A stretch of 64,000 bases of DNA from the human T2T-CHM13v2.0 reference genome, Homo sapiens, in NCBI RefSeq assembly GCF_009914755.1, contig NC_060926.1; one strand, written 5' to 3'. Made by a program: the position numbers and the translations under genes. Numbering within the stretch: the first letter of the stretch is position 1; each line of letters starts with the position of its first letter. Under the pieces are notes generated by a model, which was not told the DNA's origin, made no database searches, and saw only the letters and a list, made by a program, of their open reading frames with translations. Shown here in pieces: positions 17,811 through 32,017 of the stretch.

Positions 17811-20499
17811 GCAACCCGGGTGCAGAGGTGTCCAAGGAGCCAATGATTGATTAACTGCACAGAAGGGCTGGGGGCGTTGAGGAAGACTTTGAGATTAAAA
17901 GATAACAAGAGTTTTTCATATAGACAAGAAGAGGGCTTCATGTTCCCAGGGAGAGGGAATAGAATGTCCACCGTGTGCACGGACGCAACAGCAGGGCTGA
18001 GCTGGCTGCAGCTGCCATGCTGACACTGGACCATCAGGGCTGGGCGATGCGGGTAGCAAGAGCTGCAGCTGGACATAAGGCAAGGTCATACCTGTCATTA
18101 AGGCATGGGAGGTCATTTTCCAAAAGGTTCGAACTTTATCCTGAGGGCAGGGAAGAATTGGGGGCCAGAGATGGGCAGAATCTGACCATGGCTGAGAGAC
18201 TGGCCCAAGTCTTTGGAGATGCTGCCTGACTCTGGGATGTAGGTTCTGCAGTATCCAGTGGTGAAGGTGTGGGCAGGCTGGGAGGTAGGAGGAAGAAGAC
18301 CAATTCCAGGTCCATTCTGGAGGTAGAGTCTCTGGATCAGGCCTGAGGGAGGACCATGCTTTGGAGGGAAGGCCCTGGTGGGCCTTTGGAGGAAGCGGAA
18401 GGTGGGAAAGAGTACTTCTACCAGGCTGCAGTGCATTCAGCTGCATGTATCGTGAGCTGACCACGGTGGGAAACGGATTTTGTCATCTTGGACTTCTTAC
18501 AAAGTTCAAGCAAAGAGGTGGCTGGTGTTGGTCGAACAGCTGCCAGCATCTGGGATTCTATTTTTGCCATCTCTTTGGCCATGAAGTCCTTGTCCAAGGC
18601 AGGAAGAGGAGGTGGCAGTGTAGTGGATGTGGTGGTATCCTGCCCAGGTCACCTGTTCAAGCCAAGGCATTCCCTACAGCTGCTGGGGAGAGCAGCTGCT
18701 ACAGATGCCTTCACCCCTGCCTGGGAACTACCTACCGGCTGACGTGAGAGACAAAGGCTCTGCCCACTTTACTCAAGGCAGGGCAGCTGCAGGGCCAACC
18801 AGCTCCAGAACTCCCTGCAGTGTCAGCCACAGCCTCAGTTGCAACCTCATTGCCAGCCAGCTTTTCCCACTGCCCCCTCATTTGTCCCAGGTGCATCTTC
18901 CAAAAGCCCCCGCAGTAAACTTCCTGCATGCACAGGGCTCTCCGTCTCAGACTTTCTGTCCCCAGAAAGTCAGTCTAAGCCCCGTATCAGGAAAGCAACC
19001 CCAGCCCTGGAGCAGACCTTGGCTTCTGTCTCAGTGGCCAGAATTGAGCCCTGGCTGCCAGGGAGCCCAGGCACAGTATAATCTCAGGAGTGTGCTAGCA
19101 AAGGAGAAGGCAGGAATGGGTGTCCGGGGCACTGACTGTCACAGAAGTTTCAGACACTTAAAACCACACATTTAATTTATCAAATCACCTGAGAAGACAG
19201 AATGCACCGGGACAGTTAATGTTCCTGGGATGATGTTTTGCATGTTCCGATAAGCTGGGTCTGTCCTTTAAAAACTTCTTATGGCTAAAGGTTGAGATGA
19301 GGAAGAAAAGGTGGAGAAATACAGAGGTTGGCATTTAAGAAGGCGTAATCTAAGTGTTGACTGCCATGTGTTCTGGATGGGAAATCTGGACTGTTTCCTC
19401 ATCTGTCAGTTGAGGACATGATGCCTCTAAGGAGTCGCCATGACCCAGCAAGGGAGGCCCTTCAGGGGATGGAGATCCTAGATGTGGACTCAGAAACCAG
19501 TGTGTTTCCTGGACCCTCCTGGCAGGTAAGTTAGAACAGAAGAGGCATCTACGTGGTGCCTTGACTGACCCCAGGTATTTTGCCACTAATTCCAACATTC
19601 CTTCTCTGAGAACACAAACATACATAGGAGATGGAGGGGTTTACAATCCCATTTCATACCTATACACAGAGTCCTGGGCCACTGAATTAGTAAAAGTTCA
19701 TGGTGATTAAGCCTCTGCACGGGGGTGGTCCAGTATCACCATGGAAACATCACACCCTTCTCCCAGCCCAGGAAGTGATGGAGGGTGATGGGTAGGCACG
19801 GTGTCAGGAATCAGGCTTGGACACAGGCACATGCAGCACTGGAGATGACTGATGGAGGGAGAGAGGCTCTGGAGCAAGGGAGTTTATCACCTGCTGGTGT
19901 GCCAAGGAGGACCAGATCCAACTGAGTGAATCTAGCAGCACAAATTGGGATCTGAGCTCTGCAGATTTGGGGGAGGAAGTGGCAATGCTCCCTCACAGTC
20001 CCTCCCTTTGAACAGGAGCTGGCCTTTGACTCTCAAGTCCAGCATCTAGTTATTACTGAGATGTGCTTCCCTGCAGATTCCTTCTGGGGAGGCAAGTAGG
20101 GCTGCCAGTTTCACTGGGGCCAACCCTAGAGATCAGGATATCATTTGTTTTTCAAATTTTAACATTTTATTGTGCTTTTCCCTCTATCTTTTAAAGATCA
20201 TGGCCCAGTTATTGGCCAAAGCAGAGGCTCTGGCTGTCTTGGGACAAAGCTGCCAGTCAGAGCTGCTTGCTCAGTGTGGGGCATCTGGTGTGGCTGGTGG
20301 GACCCTGTGTCTCAAGGTACTGCACCCCAGTGCCCAGCACATGCTGGGGCCTCAGGAGTTGGTTGTGTCTGGGTCTAAGTTTCCCCATAGCCAGCCAGCC
20401 CTGAGACAAGATGGGTGCAGGATCCTGGGAAACCCAGGGGAAAAGACGAGTGAAGAACCTGGAAAGGAGAAAGCCTGTGAAGCTCACGCCAGAGCCCAC

Positions 20500-21571
20500 T
20501 GTTATGGGAAGTCAGGGACCCCAAATGGAGGGACCAGCTGAAGCCATGGCAGAACGTGGATTGTGAAGATTTCATGGACATTTATTAGTTCCCCAAATTA
20601 ATACTTTTATAATTTCTTATGCCTGTCTTTACTGCAATCTCTAAACATAAATTGTGAAGATTTCATGGACACTTACCACTTCCCCAATCAACACCCTTGT
20701 GATTTCCTATGCCTGTCTTTACTTTAATCTCTTAATCCTGTCATCTCATAAACTGAGGAGGACGTATGTCGCCTCAGGACCGTGTCATAATTTCGTTAAC
20801 TGCACAAATTGTAGAGCATGTGTGTTTGAACAATATGAAATCTGGGCACCTTGAAAAAAGAACAGGATAACAGCAATGTTTAGGGAACAAGAGAGATAAC
20901 CTTAAACTCTGACCACTGGTGAGCCAGGCAGAACAGAGCCATATTTCTTTTCTTTCAAAAGCAAATGGGAGAAATATCGCTGAATTCTTTTTCTCAGTAA
21001 GGAACATCCCTGGGAAAGAGAATACGCACCTGGGGGGTAGGTCTATAGAAGGCCCCCCTGGGCGTGGCTGTCTTCTATGGTCGAGGCTGTAGGGGTGAAA
21101 TAGACTCCAGTCTCCCACAGCGCTCCCAGGCTTATTAGGAAGAGGAAATTCCTGCCTAATAAATTTTGGTCAGACCGGTTGCTCTCAAAACCCCGTCTCC
21201 TGATAAGATGTTATCAATGACAATGGTGCCCGAAACCTCATTAGCAATTTTAATTTTGCCTCCATCCTGTGGTCCTGTGATCTCGCCCTGCCTCCATTTG
21301 CCTTCTGATATTCTATTTACCTTGTGAAGCACGTGATCTCTGTGACCCACACCTATTCGCACACTCCCTCCCCTTTTGAAACTCCCTAATAAAAACTTGC
21401 TGGTTTTACGGCTTGTGGGGCATCACGGAACCTACTGACATGTGGTGTCTCCCCTGGATGCCCAGCTTTAAAATTTTTCTTTTGTACTCTGTCCCTTTAT
21501 TTCTCAAGCCAGCCGACACTTAGGAAAAATAGAAAAGAACCTACATGACTATCGGGGCAGGTTCCCTGATA
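20500..21571 (+). mobile_element. MER11 (HERV-K HML-8) solo LTR
   Basis: tgttatgggaagtcagggacccc start, internal duplication ttgtgaagatttcatggaca, aataaa at ~21388; 6-bp TSD gcccac at 20494 and 21572. Confidence 0.9.
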
Positions 21572-22199
21572 GCCCACTCCTGCTGGGGCCTCTGAGAAGC
21601 CTGCCAAGAGCCTCGGGGTGTTCCCTCCAGAAGACAAGAGCCTGGGGAGACCCCTACGCTGAGAGGAGGGCTGCCCCTCAAGGCAGAAAGCAGCACTGCA
21701 ACAGCTGTGGGTGGATGGACTTTGGGGGTCCAGGCTGAGCCTCTAGTGTCTGCACGTGGGATGGGAGGCCGGTGTTTGTTGAGACTTGGACAAGTCTTGC
21801 AGTGTGGCAAGAGACGATGGCCAGTGTGCAGCAGAGAGCCATGCGGGGGTCAGCTCTCCTCCTACTGAGCCCTCTTCACCTCTCCCAGCCCCTACTGGTG
21901 CACTCCCATTTTTGCCTAAGCTGTATGAGTTTGGTTTCCGGAACTTGCACCCAAACTGTCCTTACTGAAGTACAAATGACATTATAAACCCGAAGCCCTG
22001 GAGACAAATGTGACCTCCCTTCGCTCTTGCTCTAGAAGCAAGGCCGGGTGGGCTGGGATCCCACCCTCAGAGAACTTAGGTTGTGAAATGCTCCAAGGGG
22101 TGCTTTTCTTGAAATTACTGACAGCACCTAGTACCTGATGGCCAGTTCCAGATGCTAACAAGATGAAGTCGACCAACTGCTCCATTTTACCAAACAACT

Positions 22200-22205
22200 T
22201 TTATT
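22200..22205 (-). terminator. Polyadenylation signal AATAAA
   Basis: tttatt on + strand, 1.8 kb after the MALL stop. Confidence 0.7.
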
Positions 22206-23290
22206 TGCATGTGGCTACTTAGTAAATAGTAATCAGTGATCATCCTAGACAGCTGCCAGGCAACAAAAGGAGAGACACATAGAAGCTTTTCAAGGTATCA
22301 GGTTGCAAAAAAAAAAAAAAAAAAAGTATCAGAGTGATCAGAAAGTGAGCAGTGAGCAGTAGTGAAGCCAGAATTTTCTTTCCCATGACTCCTGTAGTTC
22401 TGTCCCTGTCCCCGCAAACCCCAGGAGGGGAAAAATGTAGATACAAAACTGTAAGGCCTCAAACCAGTTAGGACAAGTCCCTTTCTCGTAATAATTTATT
22501 TCATTCCCAATGACAGAAGGCACGTGCAGTTACAGGGCTGTGCCCTATTCGTCTGGGTCAACAGAAGAACACAGCTTTCTTTAGAAAAACATTTACTTTA
22601 AAACCAAGCACCTTGATTTGATATTTTAGTGTGCACAACTTTGCCCGTTGAGGTCCTGGTGAGCCCTTGCCCAACCCCGTGGGCACCACCATTCCGCCAG
22701 GCCTCGGAGGGCCACCGGGTGCTTAAGAGAATGTGAGGGGGGTGAGTGCAGGTGGCGCAGCGCGGTTCCTGGGACATGGGTCCTTCACTCCTCGCTGAGA
22801 TGTTGCGGCAGCCTTTTCTTCCAATGCGGTTGTGGCAGGAGAATCCACGGATGTAATGTTTTCACCTTTTTCCCTGAGGGTGCTTTCTGAGGAACCAGTC
22901 CTTAAGAGGTGGGGTCTTGGATTCCTGACCCAGGCGTCCGGCAGCTGCTCAGTTTCCGAGATGTCAGACTCATGGAGGAGCAGGCTATGCCCTTCCCTCC
23001 CCATTCCCCACCCCTCAAGCCCCAGGTCTTACTGTATAATGATTTATTTTCCCCACACGTCTACCCTCAAAATTGGCTTCATGCAGATTTCCCTTGAATC
23101 CTAATGCTGGAGAGGAAAGGGGAGGGGAAGTGGGAGGGTGGTGGGCAGGGTGGCTTGACCCTGTCAGCCTCCCAGGGAACTCGGGACCACGGCTCCCCAG
23201 CACAGGCTGAACAAGTACCAGGAACAAGGTCTATGCATCTGCGTTAGATCTGAAGGCCTTGGCAGCACCTCTTCAATTTTAAGAGAATCA

Positions 23291-23622
<332 letters not shown>

Positions 23623-24002
23623 CTAGACCTACTCTAGGGAAGCCCATAGCTGAGGCAAAATCCCCAAACAGACTTGGCATTAGTGGGGCTAGGATTCTCC
23701 ATTAGTGGAGTGAGGGCTTTGATGTGAGTTGTCTAGAAGAGCAAGTTCATGGTCAGATAATTCCAAGAGACAGTTGTTTTCCCAGGAAAAAGAAAAGCTT
23801 CCTCCTATTCAGCAGAGTGAATTTAAATGTCCAAACAAAGTGTGGTGTCATCGCTCAGTCTGCAAGGACGTTCTGTTAATCCCGTGGACGTTTTAGTGGA
23901 TCTTCCGTTTGTCATCCAGATGGCAAACGTTGGAAGCTGCTTTTGGGGACCAATAATTGGAGCTTTCAAAGAGCATTTCCCCCTTGGCCTGGCGCCTGTG
24001 CA

Positions 24003-24065
24003 TCAGTGGTAATAGATGCTGAAGGCATGGAGAATGTAGAGCAGCGTGGCGATGAAGGCGAAGAA
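24003..24065 (-). CDS. MALL: MALL exon 4 coding part (FFAFIATLLYILHAFSIYYH*), partial duplicate copy
   Basis: Acceptor ccttccag at 24066-67; phase 0; matches recalled MALL C-terminus. Confidence 0.92.
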   Translation of the reverse strand, partial: FFAFIATLLYILHAFSIYYH

Positions 24066-24740
24066 CTGGAAGGAGGTGGAGAGTGACTGTTAGAGACAGC
24101 AGCGCCAGCTCCTGCCCACCCCTCAGGTACCCTCAGCCCCACTGCCCAGGAGGCCACGCATGACCCTGCCTCCTCGCCTCCTGCGTGGCCTGAGGGCAGC
24201 AACCCCTGGCCAACAACTCCCTCTTCTGGAAACTCTCCATCAGGGCCTCCCTGGGGCCGTCCTGGTGTCCTGCCCCGACTGCAGTCTCCATCTCATCTGC
24301 ACCTGGCTGTGAAGCAGGCTCACCTCCACCACAGCTCTGGGCCCATATCCCACGCTGACCTCCTGCCCGAGGCCCGCTCTCCTCTGCCCACCTCCAGCAA
24401 ATCTGTGTTCTGAACACTCCTACAGCTCCCCTCGCTGGCCCAGAACTCTGCCCTGAGCGGCTGCTTATCAGCTCCTCGTGAATGTTCAGACATCCTCCAG
24501 CTCTTCCTGGCTCACACTGAGCCCCTGACGTTTCCTCACAAGCCTGACAAGCCCAGTGGGCCCCAGGGTCCTCCTCTCGCCCCACTCCCTGAGCCTGACC
24601 CCTGTGGCCCCTGGCTCCTCCTGCCTCCCTTGCCAGCCATATGCAAAGCCACCCCAAAGGCTACTGATTTCCCTGCCTAGCTCTTGGGACATTCATTTTT
24701 CCCTTGTCTCAGCCACCGGCATCCCTCGGCAGGACTCCTC

Positions 24741-24831
24741 ATGGCCTCACTTGTCCACTTCTTCCTGCCCTGCCCCTCGAATCTGCTCCACCATTTGGGC
24801 AGGGCAGGCAGAAGTGGACAAGTGAGGACAC
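24741..24831 (-). ncRNA. MIR4436B: miR-4436b precursor hairpin in MALL intron 3
   Basis: Near-perfect stem cctcacttgtccacttct..cctgccctgccc / gggcagggcagg..agaagtggacaagtgagg; matches recalled MIR4436B1/B2. Confidence 0.85.
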
Positions 24832-25382
24832 TTCTCACTCATGGGGAGAACACAATCCCGTTGCCCCACGTTGAAGCTGTATGATGGCTCTGCTCTTTTC
24901 TCAGGGTAGGGCCGTCACCTTCAATACCTTTCAGGCCCTGCCAAACATCCCAGCCCCACTCCGCCCCACTGTCCACTCACACGCTCCTCATTCAGTCAGT
25001 CAGTCAACAAATATCTTTTAAGGACCTGCTTTCCTTCAAGAGCAACTGTGGGTATAACAGTGAAGAAAATATTCAAAAATTCCTGCCCTCATGGAGCTTA
25101 CATTTGAGAGATAAGAAGCAGATAGCAGCAAGATAGATGAGTAGCACATACATGGGTTAGATGGAGGTAAATGCCACCCACTGTGGAGTGCACTGTGACC
25201 CTCTGGGGTGGCCACAAGATATTTCAGCTGCCTTCTGGCCTGTCTGCCTCCCTTCCCTCCTCATCAGGTGAGTTTAACTTCCTAAACTTGCAAGACCAGC
25301 AACGGCCCCTGCAATCCTCCATGGCCAGCTGTCCCAGCTACACCACCCTCCTGGCTGCCCTTGAGCACACAGAGGGTCCTTG

Positions 25383-25431
25383 GCAGGGGTAACTGCCTGG
25401 TGGGACCTTAGCAGGGGTAACTGCCTGGTGG
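25383..25431. repeat. Direct duplication gcaggggtaactgcctggtgg x2 (28-bp period)
   Basis: Copies at 25383 and 25411. Confidence 0.85.
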
Positions 25432-25795
25432 CCCCTGCCTCCTTCTGTCCTCTTGACAGGGCCTTCCCTGATGCCTCCTCCCCTGAGACCTCGACATTCC
25501 ACTTTCCCCTTCCCTGCTTCATCTCTCAATAGTTCAGCCATGCCGAGGGATGCGGGCCCCATTCCAAAGGCAGTGGGTGCCATTGAAGGATTTTCAGTAG
25601 GAGAGAGACATCTGTTCCAATTTGTGTTTTGGAAAAAGAAAATTCTGCAGACAGCGTGGGGGGTGTCTAAGAGAGAGGAAAGCTGGAGTGGGAACAATAG
25701 AAGGTAAAAGAGGACCCCTGAACGTGGGTGCACATGTTTACAGGGACACACATCCCTATCCCCTGCCCCCATGGCTCCTTCCACTTGAGGGCTCA

Positions 25796-26110
<315 letters not shown>

Positions 26111-26148
26111 CTAGAGTCCTGCCTTTTTTTTTTTTTTTTTTTGCAGTG

Positions 26149-28464
26149 TGATTTGGTTTGGCTCTGTGTCCCTGCCCAAATCTCATCTCGAATTGTAATC
26201 CCCACATGTTGGGGGAGGGACCTGGTGGGAGATGACTGGATTATGGGGGCAGTTTCCCCATGCTGTTCTCGTGATAGTGAGGGAGTTCTCATAAGATCTG
26301 ATGGTTTAAAAGTGTGACACTTCCCTCTCTCACTCCTGCTGCCATGTAAGGTGTGCCTTGCTTCCCCTTCGCCTTCCACCATGATTGTAAGATTCCTGAG
26401 ACCTCCCTAGCCATGCAGAACTGTGAGCCAATTAAACCTCTTTTCCTTATAAATTACCCAGCCTCAGGTAGTTCTTTACAGCAGTGTGAGAACAGACTAA
26501 TACAGAAAATTGGTACCAGGAGTCAGGCACTGCTATAAAGATACCTGAAAATGTGGAAGCAACTTTGGAACTGGATAATGGGCAAAGGTTGGAACAGTTT
26601 GGGGTACCCAGAAGAAGACAGGAAGATGTAGGAAAGTTTGGAACTTTCTAGAGACTTGTTGAATGATTCTGACCAAAATGCTGATGGTGATATGGACAAT
26701 GAAATCCAGGCTGAGGTGGTCTCAGATGGAGATGAGGAACTTATTGGGAACTGGAATAAAGGTCACTCTTGCTATGCTTTAGCAAAGAGACTGGTGGCAT
26801 TTTACCCCTGTCCTAGAGATCTGTGGCACTCTGAACTTAAAAGAGATGATTTGGGGTATCTGGCAGAAGAAATTTCTAAGCATTGAAGCATTCAAGATGT
26901 GACCTGACTTTTCCTGAAAGTGTACAATCATATGCATTCACAAAGAGATGGTCCAAAATTGGAACTTATGTTTAAAAGGGAAGCAGAACATAAAAGTTTG
27001 GAAAATTTGCAGCCTGATCATGTGTTAGAAAAGAAAAACATATTTTCTGGGGAGAAATTCAAGCTGTCAGCTGCAGAAATTTTCATGAGTAATGAGGGTC
27101 CCCAAGACAAAGGGGACGATATCTCCAGGGCATTTCAGAGATCTTCACAGTAGCCCCTCCCATCACAGGCTCAGAGACCTAGGAGGGAAAAATGGTTTTG
27201 TGGGCCAGGCTCAGGGCCCTGTTGCTCTGCACAGTCCTGGAACACAGCACTCTGCAACCCGGCTGCCCCAGCTCCAGCAGTTGGGGGCCAAGGTACAGCT
27301 TGGGCCATTGCTTCAGAGTGTGTAAGCCTCAAGCCTTGGCAGCTTACACATGGTGTTGGACCTACAGGCATGCAGAAGGCAAGAATTGAGGTTTAGGAAC
27401 CTCTGCCATGATTTCAGAGGATGTATGGAAATGACTGGATGTACAGGCAGAGTCTGCTGCAGGGGTGGAGCCCTTATGAAGAACCTCTACTAGGGCAGTG
27501 CAGAAGGGACATGTGGGGTCGGACCCCCCACAGAGAGTCCCCACTGTGACACTGGCTAGTACAGCTGTGAGAAGAGCTGTCCTGTAGACCCCAGAATGGT
27601 AGGTTCACTGACAGTTTGCACTGGTCACCTTGAAAAAGCACAGACACTCAATGCCAGTTTGTGAAAGCAGCTGCAGGGGCTGTACTGTGAAGAGCCACAG
27701 AGGTGGAGCTGCCCAAGGTCTTGGGTGCCCACCCTTTGTAACAGGGTGACTTGAATCTGAGACATGAAGTCAAAGGAGATTTTGGAATGTCGACATTTAA
27801 TGGCTGCCCAGCTGGGTTTAGGACTTGCATGGGGCCTGTAGCCCCTTTGTTTTGACCAATTTCTCCCATTTGGAATGGGAGCATTTACCCAATGCCTGTA
27901 CCCTTATTGTGTCTTGGAAGTAACTAACTTGCTTTTTGATTTTACAGGCTCATAGGCAGAAGAGACTTCTCTTGTCTTAGATGAGACTTTGGACTTAAAC
28001 TTTTGGGTTAATGCTGGAATAAGTTGAAACTTTGGGGGACTGTTGAGAAGGCATGATTGTATTTTTAAATGTGAGAAGGATGAGATTTGGGAGGGGCCAG
28101 TGGTATAATGATATGGTTTGGCTCTTTGTCCCCACCCAAATCTCATCTCCTATTGTAATCCACATGTATCAAGGGAGGGACCTGGTGGGAGGTGATTGGA
28201 TCATGGGGGCAGTTTCCCCTATGCTGTTCTCATGATAGTGAATGAGTTCTCATGGGATCTGATGGTTTAAAAGTATGGCACTTCCCCCTCCCCCATCTCT
28301 CCTGCTGCCATGCAAGGCATGCCTTGCTTAGCCTTCACCTTCCACCATGATTGTAAGTTTCCTGAGGCCTCCCTAACCATGAGGAACTAGTCAATTAAAC
28401 CTCTTTTCTTTATAATTTACCCAGTCTCTGGTTGTTTATAGCAATGTGAGAATAGACTAATACA
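26149..28464 (+). mobile_element. Complete THE1 (THE1D-like) element: LTR 26149-26504, internal, LTR 28109-28464
   Basis: Two direct LTRs, MaLR internal sequence, 5-bp TSD cagtg at 26144 and 28465. Confidence 0.92.
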
Positions 28465-28529
28465 CAGTGTTTTTAATGTAATATCTATGTCGTAAGCAAT
28501 GGCAGACTAATAAAGATCAGTATATTTCA

Positions 28530-29081
28530 GTTATGCAAAGTCAATCTTGGTCTGAAATATTAAATGAAAAATTCCAGAAATTAACAATTAAATGTGTGCC
28601 TTTCTGAGTACAATGATGAAATCTTGCACTGTCCCGCCCTGTTCCACCTGGGATGTGAATCAGACATTTGTCTAGCATGTCTACACTGTCTGTGCCACCC
28701 ATGTTAGTCGCTTTGTACTCATCTGGGCTATCAGATCAACTGTTGTGGCACTGCAGTGCTTGCATTCAAAGAATCCTTATTTTACTTCATAATGGCCCCA
28801 AATTGCAAGAGTAGTGATGCTGGCAATTTGGATATGCCAAAGAGAAGTCATAGGGTGCTTTCTTTAAGTTAAAAAGTATAAGTTTTCAGCTTAATAAGGA
28901 AAGAAAAAAATATGCTGAGGTTGTTAAGATCTACAGTAAGAATGAATTGTCTATCTGTGAAATTGTGAAGAAGAAAAAAGAAGTGCATGCATAGCAAATT
29001 CGGAGTTCAGTACTCTCTGAGGATTCAGGCATCCCCTAGGGGTCTTGGGACTTATCCTCCGGAGATGGGGGACCACTGTAT
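28530..29081. mobile_element. MER44/Tigger7-like DNA transposon
   Basis: aaaattccagaaattaacaatt..ggccccaaattgcaagagtagtgatgctggc..gggggaccactgta. Confidence 0.7.
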
Positions 29082-29457
29082 ACTGTCTTAGGTATGCTGA
29101 GGAATTGTTTACTTCGTATACATGTGATAATGTGAGAAAGTTTGCGGAGTTTTTTTGGAAACATACTGAAGTGTGTGGAATAGAATGGCATGATGTTTGG
29201 TGTTTGCTTTAAAATTCCTTAGTGGGGACAAAGGCTAGATGAAACAAATGTGGTAAGGTCTTGATAATGCTGGAATCTGGGTTATGGCTACATGAGGGCC
29301 TATAATACAATATTCTGTACTTTTAAATATGTCTTCAATTGTTCAGTGTGGAACAGTTTTAAATGGTTTTTTGAGATGACGTGATAAATAAAAATTAGTG
29401 ATGTAATATTAAATGAAAGCATCTACATCCAAAATTATTTGTAGAGTACAATTAAAG

Positions 29458-29575
29458 TATATATATACATATATATACATATATACGTATATATGTATAT
29501 ATACGTATATATACATATATACGTATATATGTATATATACGTATATATACATATATACGTATATATGTATATATA
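29458..29575. repeat. (TA)n-derived compound microsatellite with 36-bp higher-order unit
   Basis: tatatacatatatacgtatatatgtatatatacg repeats. Confidence 0.9.
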
Positions 29576-29924
29576 CTTTGCATATAATTCATGTGGGATA
29601 TGGAAGAAATACCCTGTCGCAGGGATTGTGTTAGGGCCTTGAGAATGGAGTGATTTTTTTCCTACTAGCTTTTTCTTCAGTGTTGCTCCAAGGATTTTAC
29701 CAGGAAGAAAATTTAGGGGAAACACATCAGAATATGCTTGATCACAGGTCATTGTGTATTCTCCTAACAGGGAAGCCAGTGAAGGGGAATACCAGGAATT
29801 ATTTACGCTTGCAGATAAATGTCTTCATTTTAGCGTGGTAGTAAAAATGGTAAGATAAAAAGTCTTGGTTCCATAGGAGCCTAGCCCAGGATCCCTCCCT
29901 GCCCAGAAAGGCCAATTGTCCTCA

Positions 29925-30170
<246 letters not shown>

Positions 30171-30994
30171 TCATTAGCTAGTGTGGAGTATGTTTCCCTT
30201 TGCAGGGTGTCTCTTTTCTGTCTCTAGTTACAAGTTCAGGTGAAGTTAGGAGGGAACCAAGAGGAAAATGGGGAAGGAAGGCTGGCCCCGCTGAGTCACG
30301 GTAAAGTCAGGTCCGATTGTTAGAAAATTCAAGGGGTTAATGCAGAGGTCATGAACAGAGGGACTCTCAGCCAAATCTAGCTTGTGAATGTGTCTTTTGG
30401 CTCAAGCAGTATTGGCATATACACTTTTTAAACAATTCTGAATAAGTTCCCAATATTCAAAACAGGATATTTCACATGGAAAATCCAGATTTGGGACATT
30501 TCTTTAGAAATCCATGGTTCTGGCCACAGTGTACCCATTTCTCAGGCCAGAGTAGGCTGAAATGAGTAGTGACTATCTCTTTAAAAAGGGCCTGGAGTCC
30601 TCAGTGGACCACATCCCCTCACCCCACTAACCTCACACCATGCTGTGGGACATTCCCTGTTGCTCACTGACACTGTGTAATTGTTTACTAATGAGATACA
30701 GCTTATTTTTATATATTTGTTAGCCATTAATATTTCCTCCTCTGTAAAGTTTTTTATTTTTTAATCAGTTAAATATTTTAAAATTGATTTTTCTTTTTCT
30801 TATTGATTCATAGGAATTCTTGCTAATGGTGTGGATTTCATGGACTGCCATAAACATTGCAAATATATTCTGCTAGCATTCACATATTTTCTGGTTTCCT
30901 TTGATTAACTAAGCCCGCAATTTTAATGCAGTTGAATATGTCAATCTTTTCCTCTATTGACTATGTTTTTTATCAAGTTTAAGAAATTCTTCTC

Positions 30995-31094
30995 ACGCAC
31001 ACCAACATGGCACATGTATACATATGTAACAAACATGCACATTGTGCACATGTACCCTAAAACTTAAAGTATAATAATAATAATAATAATAATA
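30995..31094 (+). mobile_element. ~100-bp 5'-truncated L1PA 3' end inside older L1M
   Basis: gcacaccaacatggcacatgtatac..(taa)n tail; TSD aagaaattcttctc / aagaaatgcttctc. Confidence 0.88.
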
Positions 31095-31722
31095 AAGAAA
31101 TGCTTCTCTATTTTGAGTCATGAAGATATTCTTGCATTCCAGATTTTCCTCCTGAGATAATTTTCCTTCTTCCTGGAGTGCAACCTTTAGTAGTCTCTTT
31201 AGTGAAGGTCAGAGGGTAGTAGTCTGTTTGATTTATTAGAAAACGTCCTTAAATTTCCCCTGACAATTATTTTCTCTCCGCACTTCCAAGATATGTTTCC
31301 ACTGTGTTGTATATTTTTCCATAATATTCTGTTGTATTCTGGCTTCCATTGTTGCCATTGAAAGGTCAGCTGTCAGTTGAACTCTTGCTTTGTAGGAATC
31401 TGTCTTCCTTATTTGGCTATATTTAGTCTTCACTCTGTCTTCGGCATTCTGCAGTTTGTGAAACAGTGATACCATGTGTCGAGATGTGGATATCTTTTTA
31501 TTACTCCTGCTTAGTATTCATTCTACATTTTAATATCTGAAAATTCCATTCACTTGGCCTTAATAGCTTGATTCTGCAGTTTGTGGCTTCCATTAACTTC
31601 TATTCTTGTTCACTTGTTTCCTCTTATGTTTAGTGAATTTTGATTGGAAGCTCATGTCCGTGGAGGTAGCTCAGTTCTGAATGATGTATTAGAAACTTTC
31701 TAGACCAAACAACTTCACTCAC

Positions 31723-32017
31723 TTTTTTTTTCTTGAGAGAGTCTCTCTCTGTCACTCAGGCTGGAGTGCAGAGGTGCAATCATGGCTCACTGCAGCCTCC
31801 AACTCCTGAGATCAAATGATCCTCCCACCTCAGCCTCCTAAGTAGCTAGGACTACAGGTACATACTACCACACCTGGCCAATTTTTATTTTATTTTTTGT
31901 AGAGACAGGGTCTTGCTGTGTTGCCCAGGTTGGTCTTAAACCCTTGGCCTCAAGCAATCCTCCTAGCTTGGCCTCCCAAAGTGCTGAGATTACAGGCAAG
32001 AGCCACTGTGCCCTGCC
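31723..32017 (-). mobile_element. AluJ
   Basis: Dimeric Alu. Confidence 0.88.

Noticed and set aside
22723-23004. 93-aa ORF in the MALL 3' UTR
   Set aside because: No splice or homology support; lies downstream of the stop codon
29413-29752. YIYIYT-repeat ORFs
   Set aside because: Translation of a TA microsatellite
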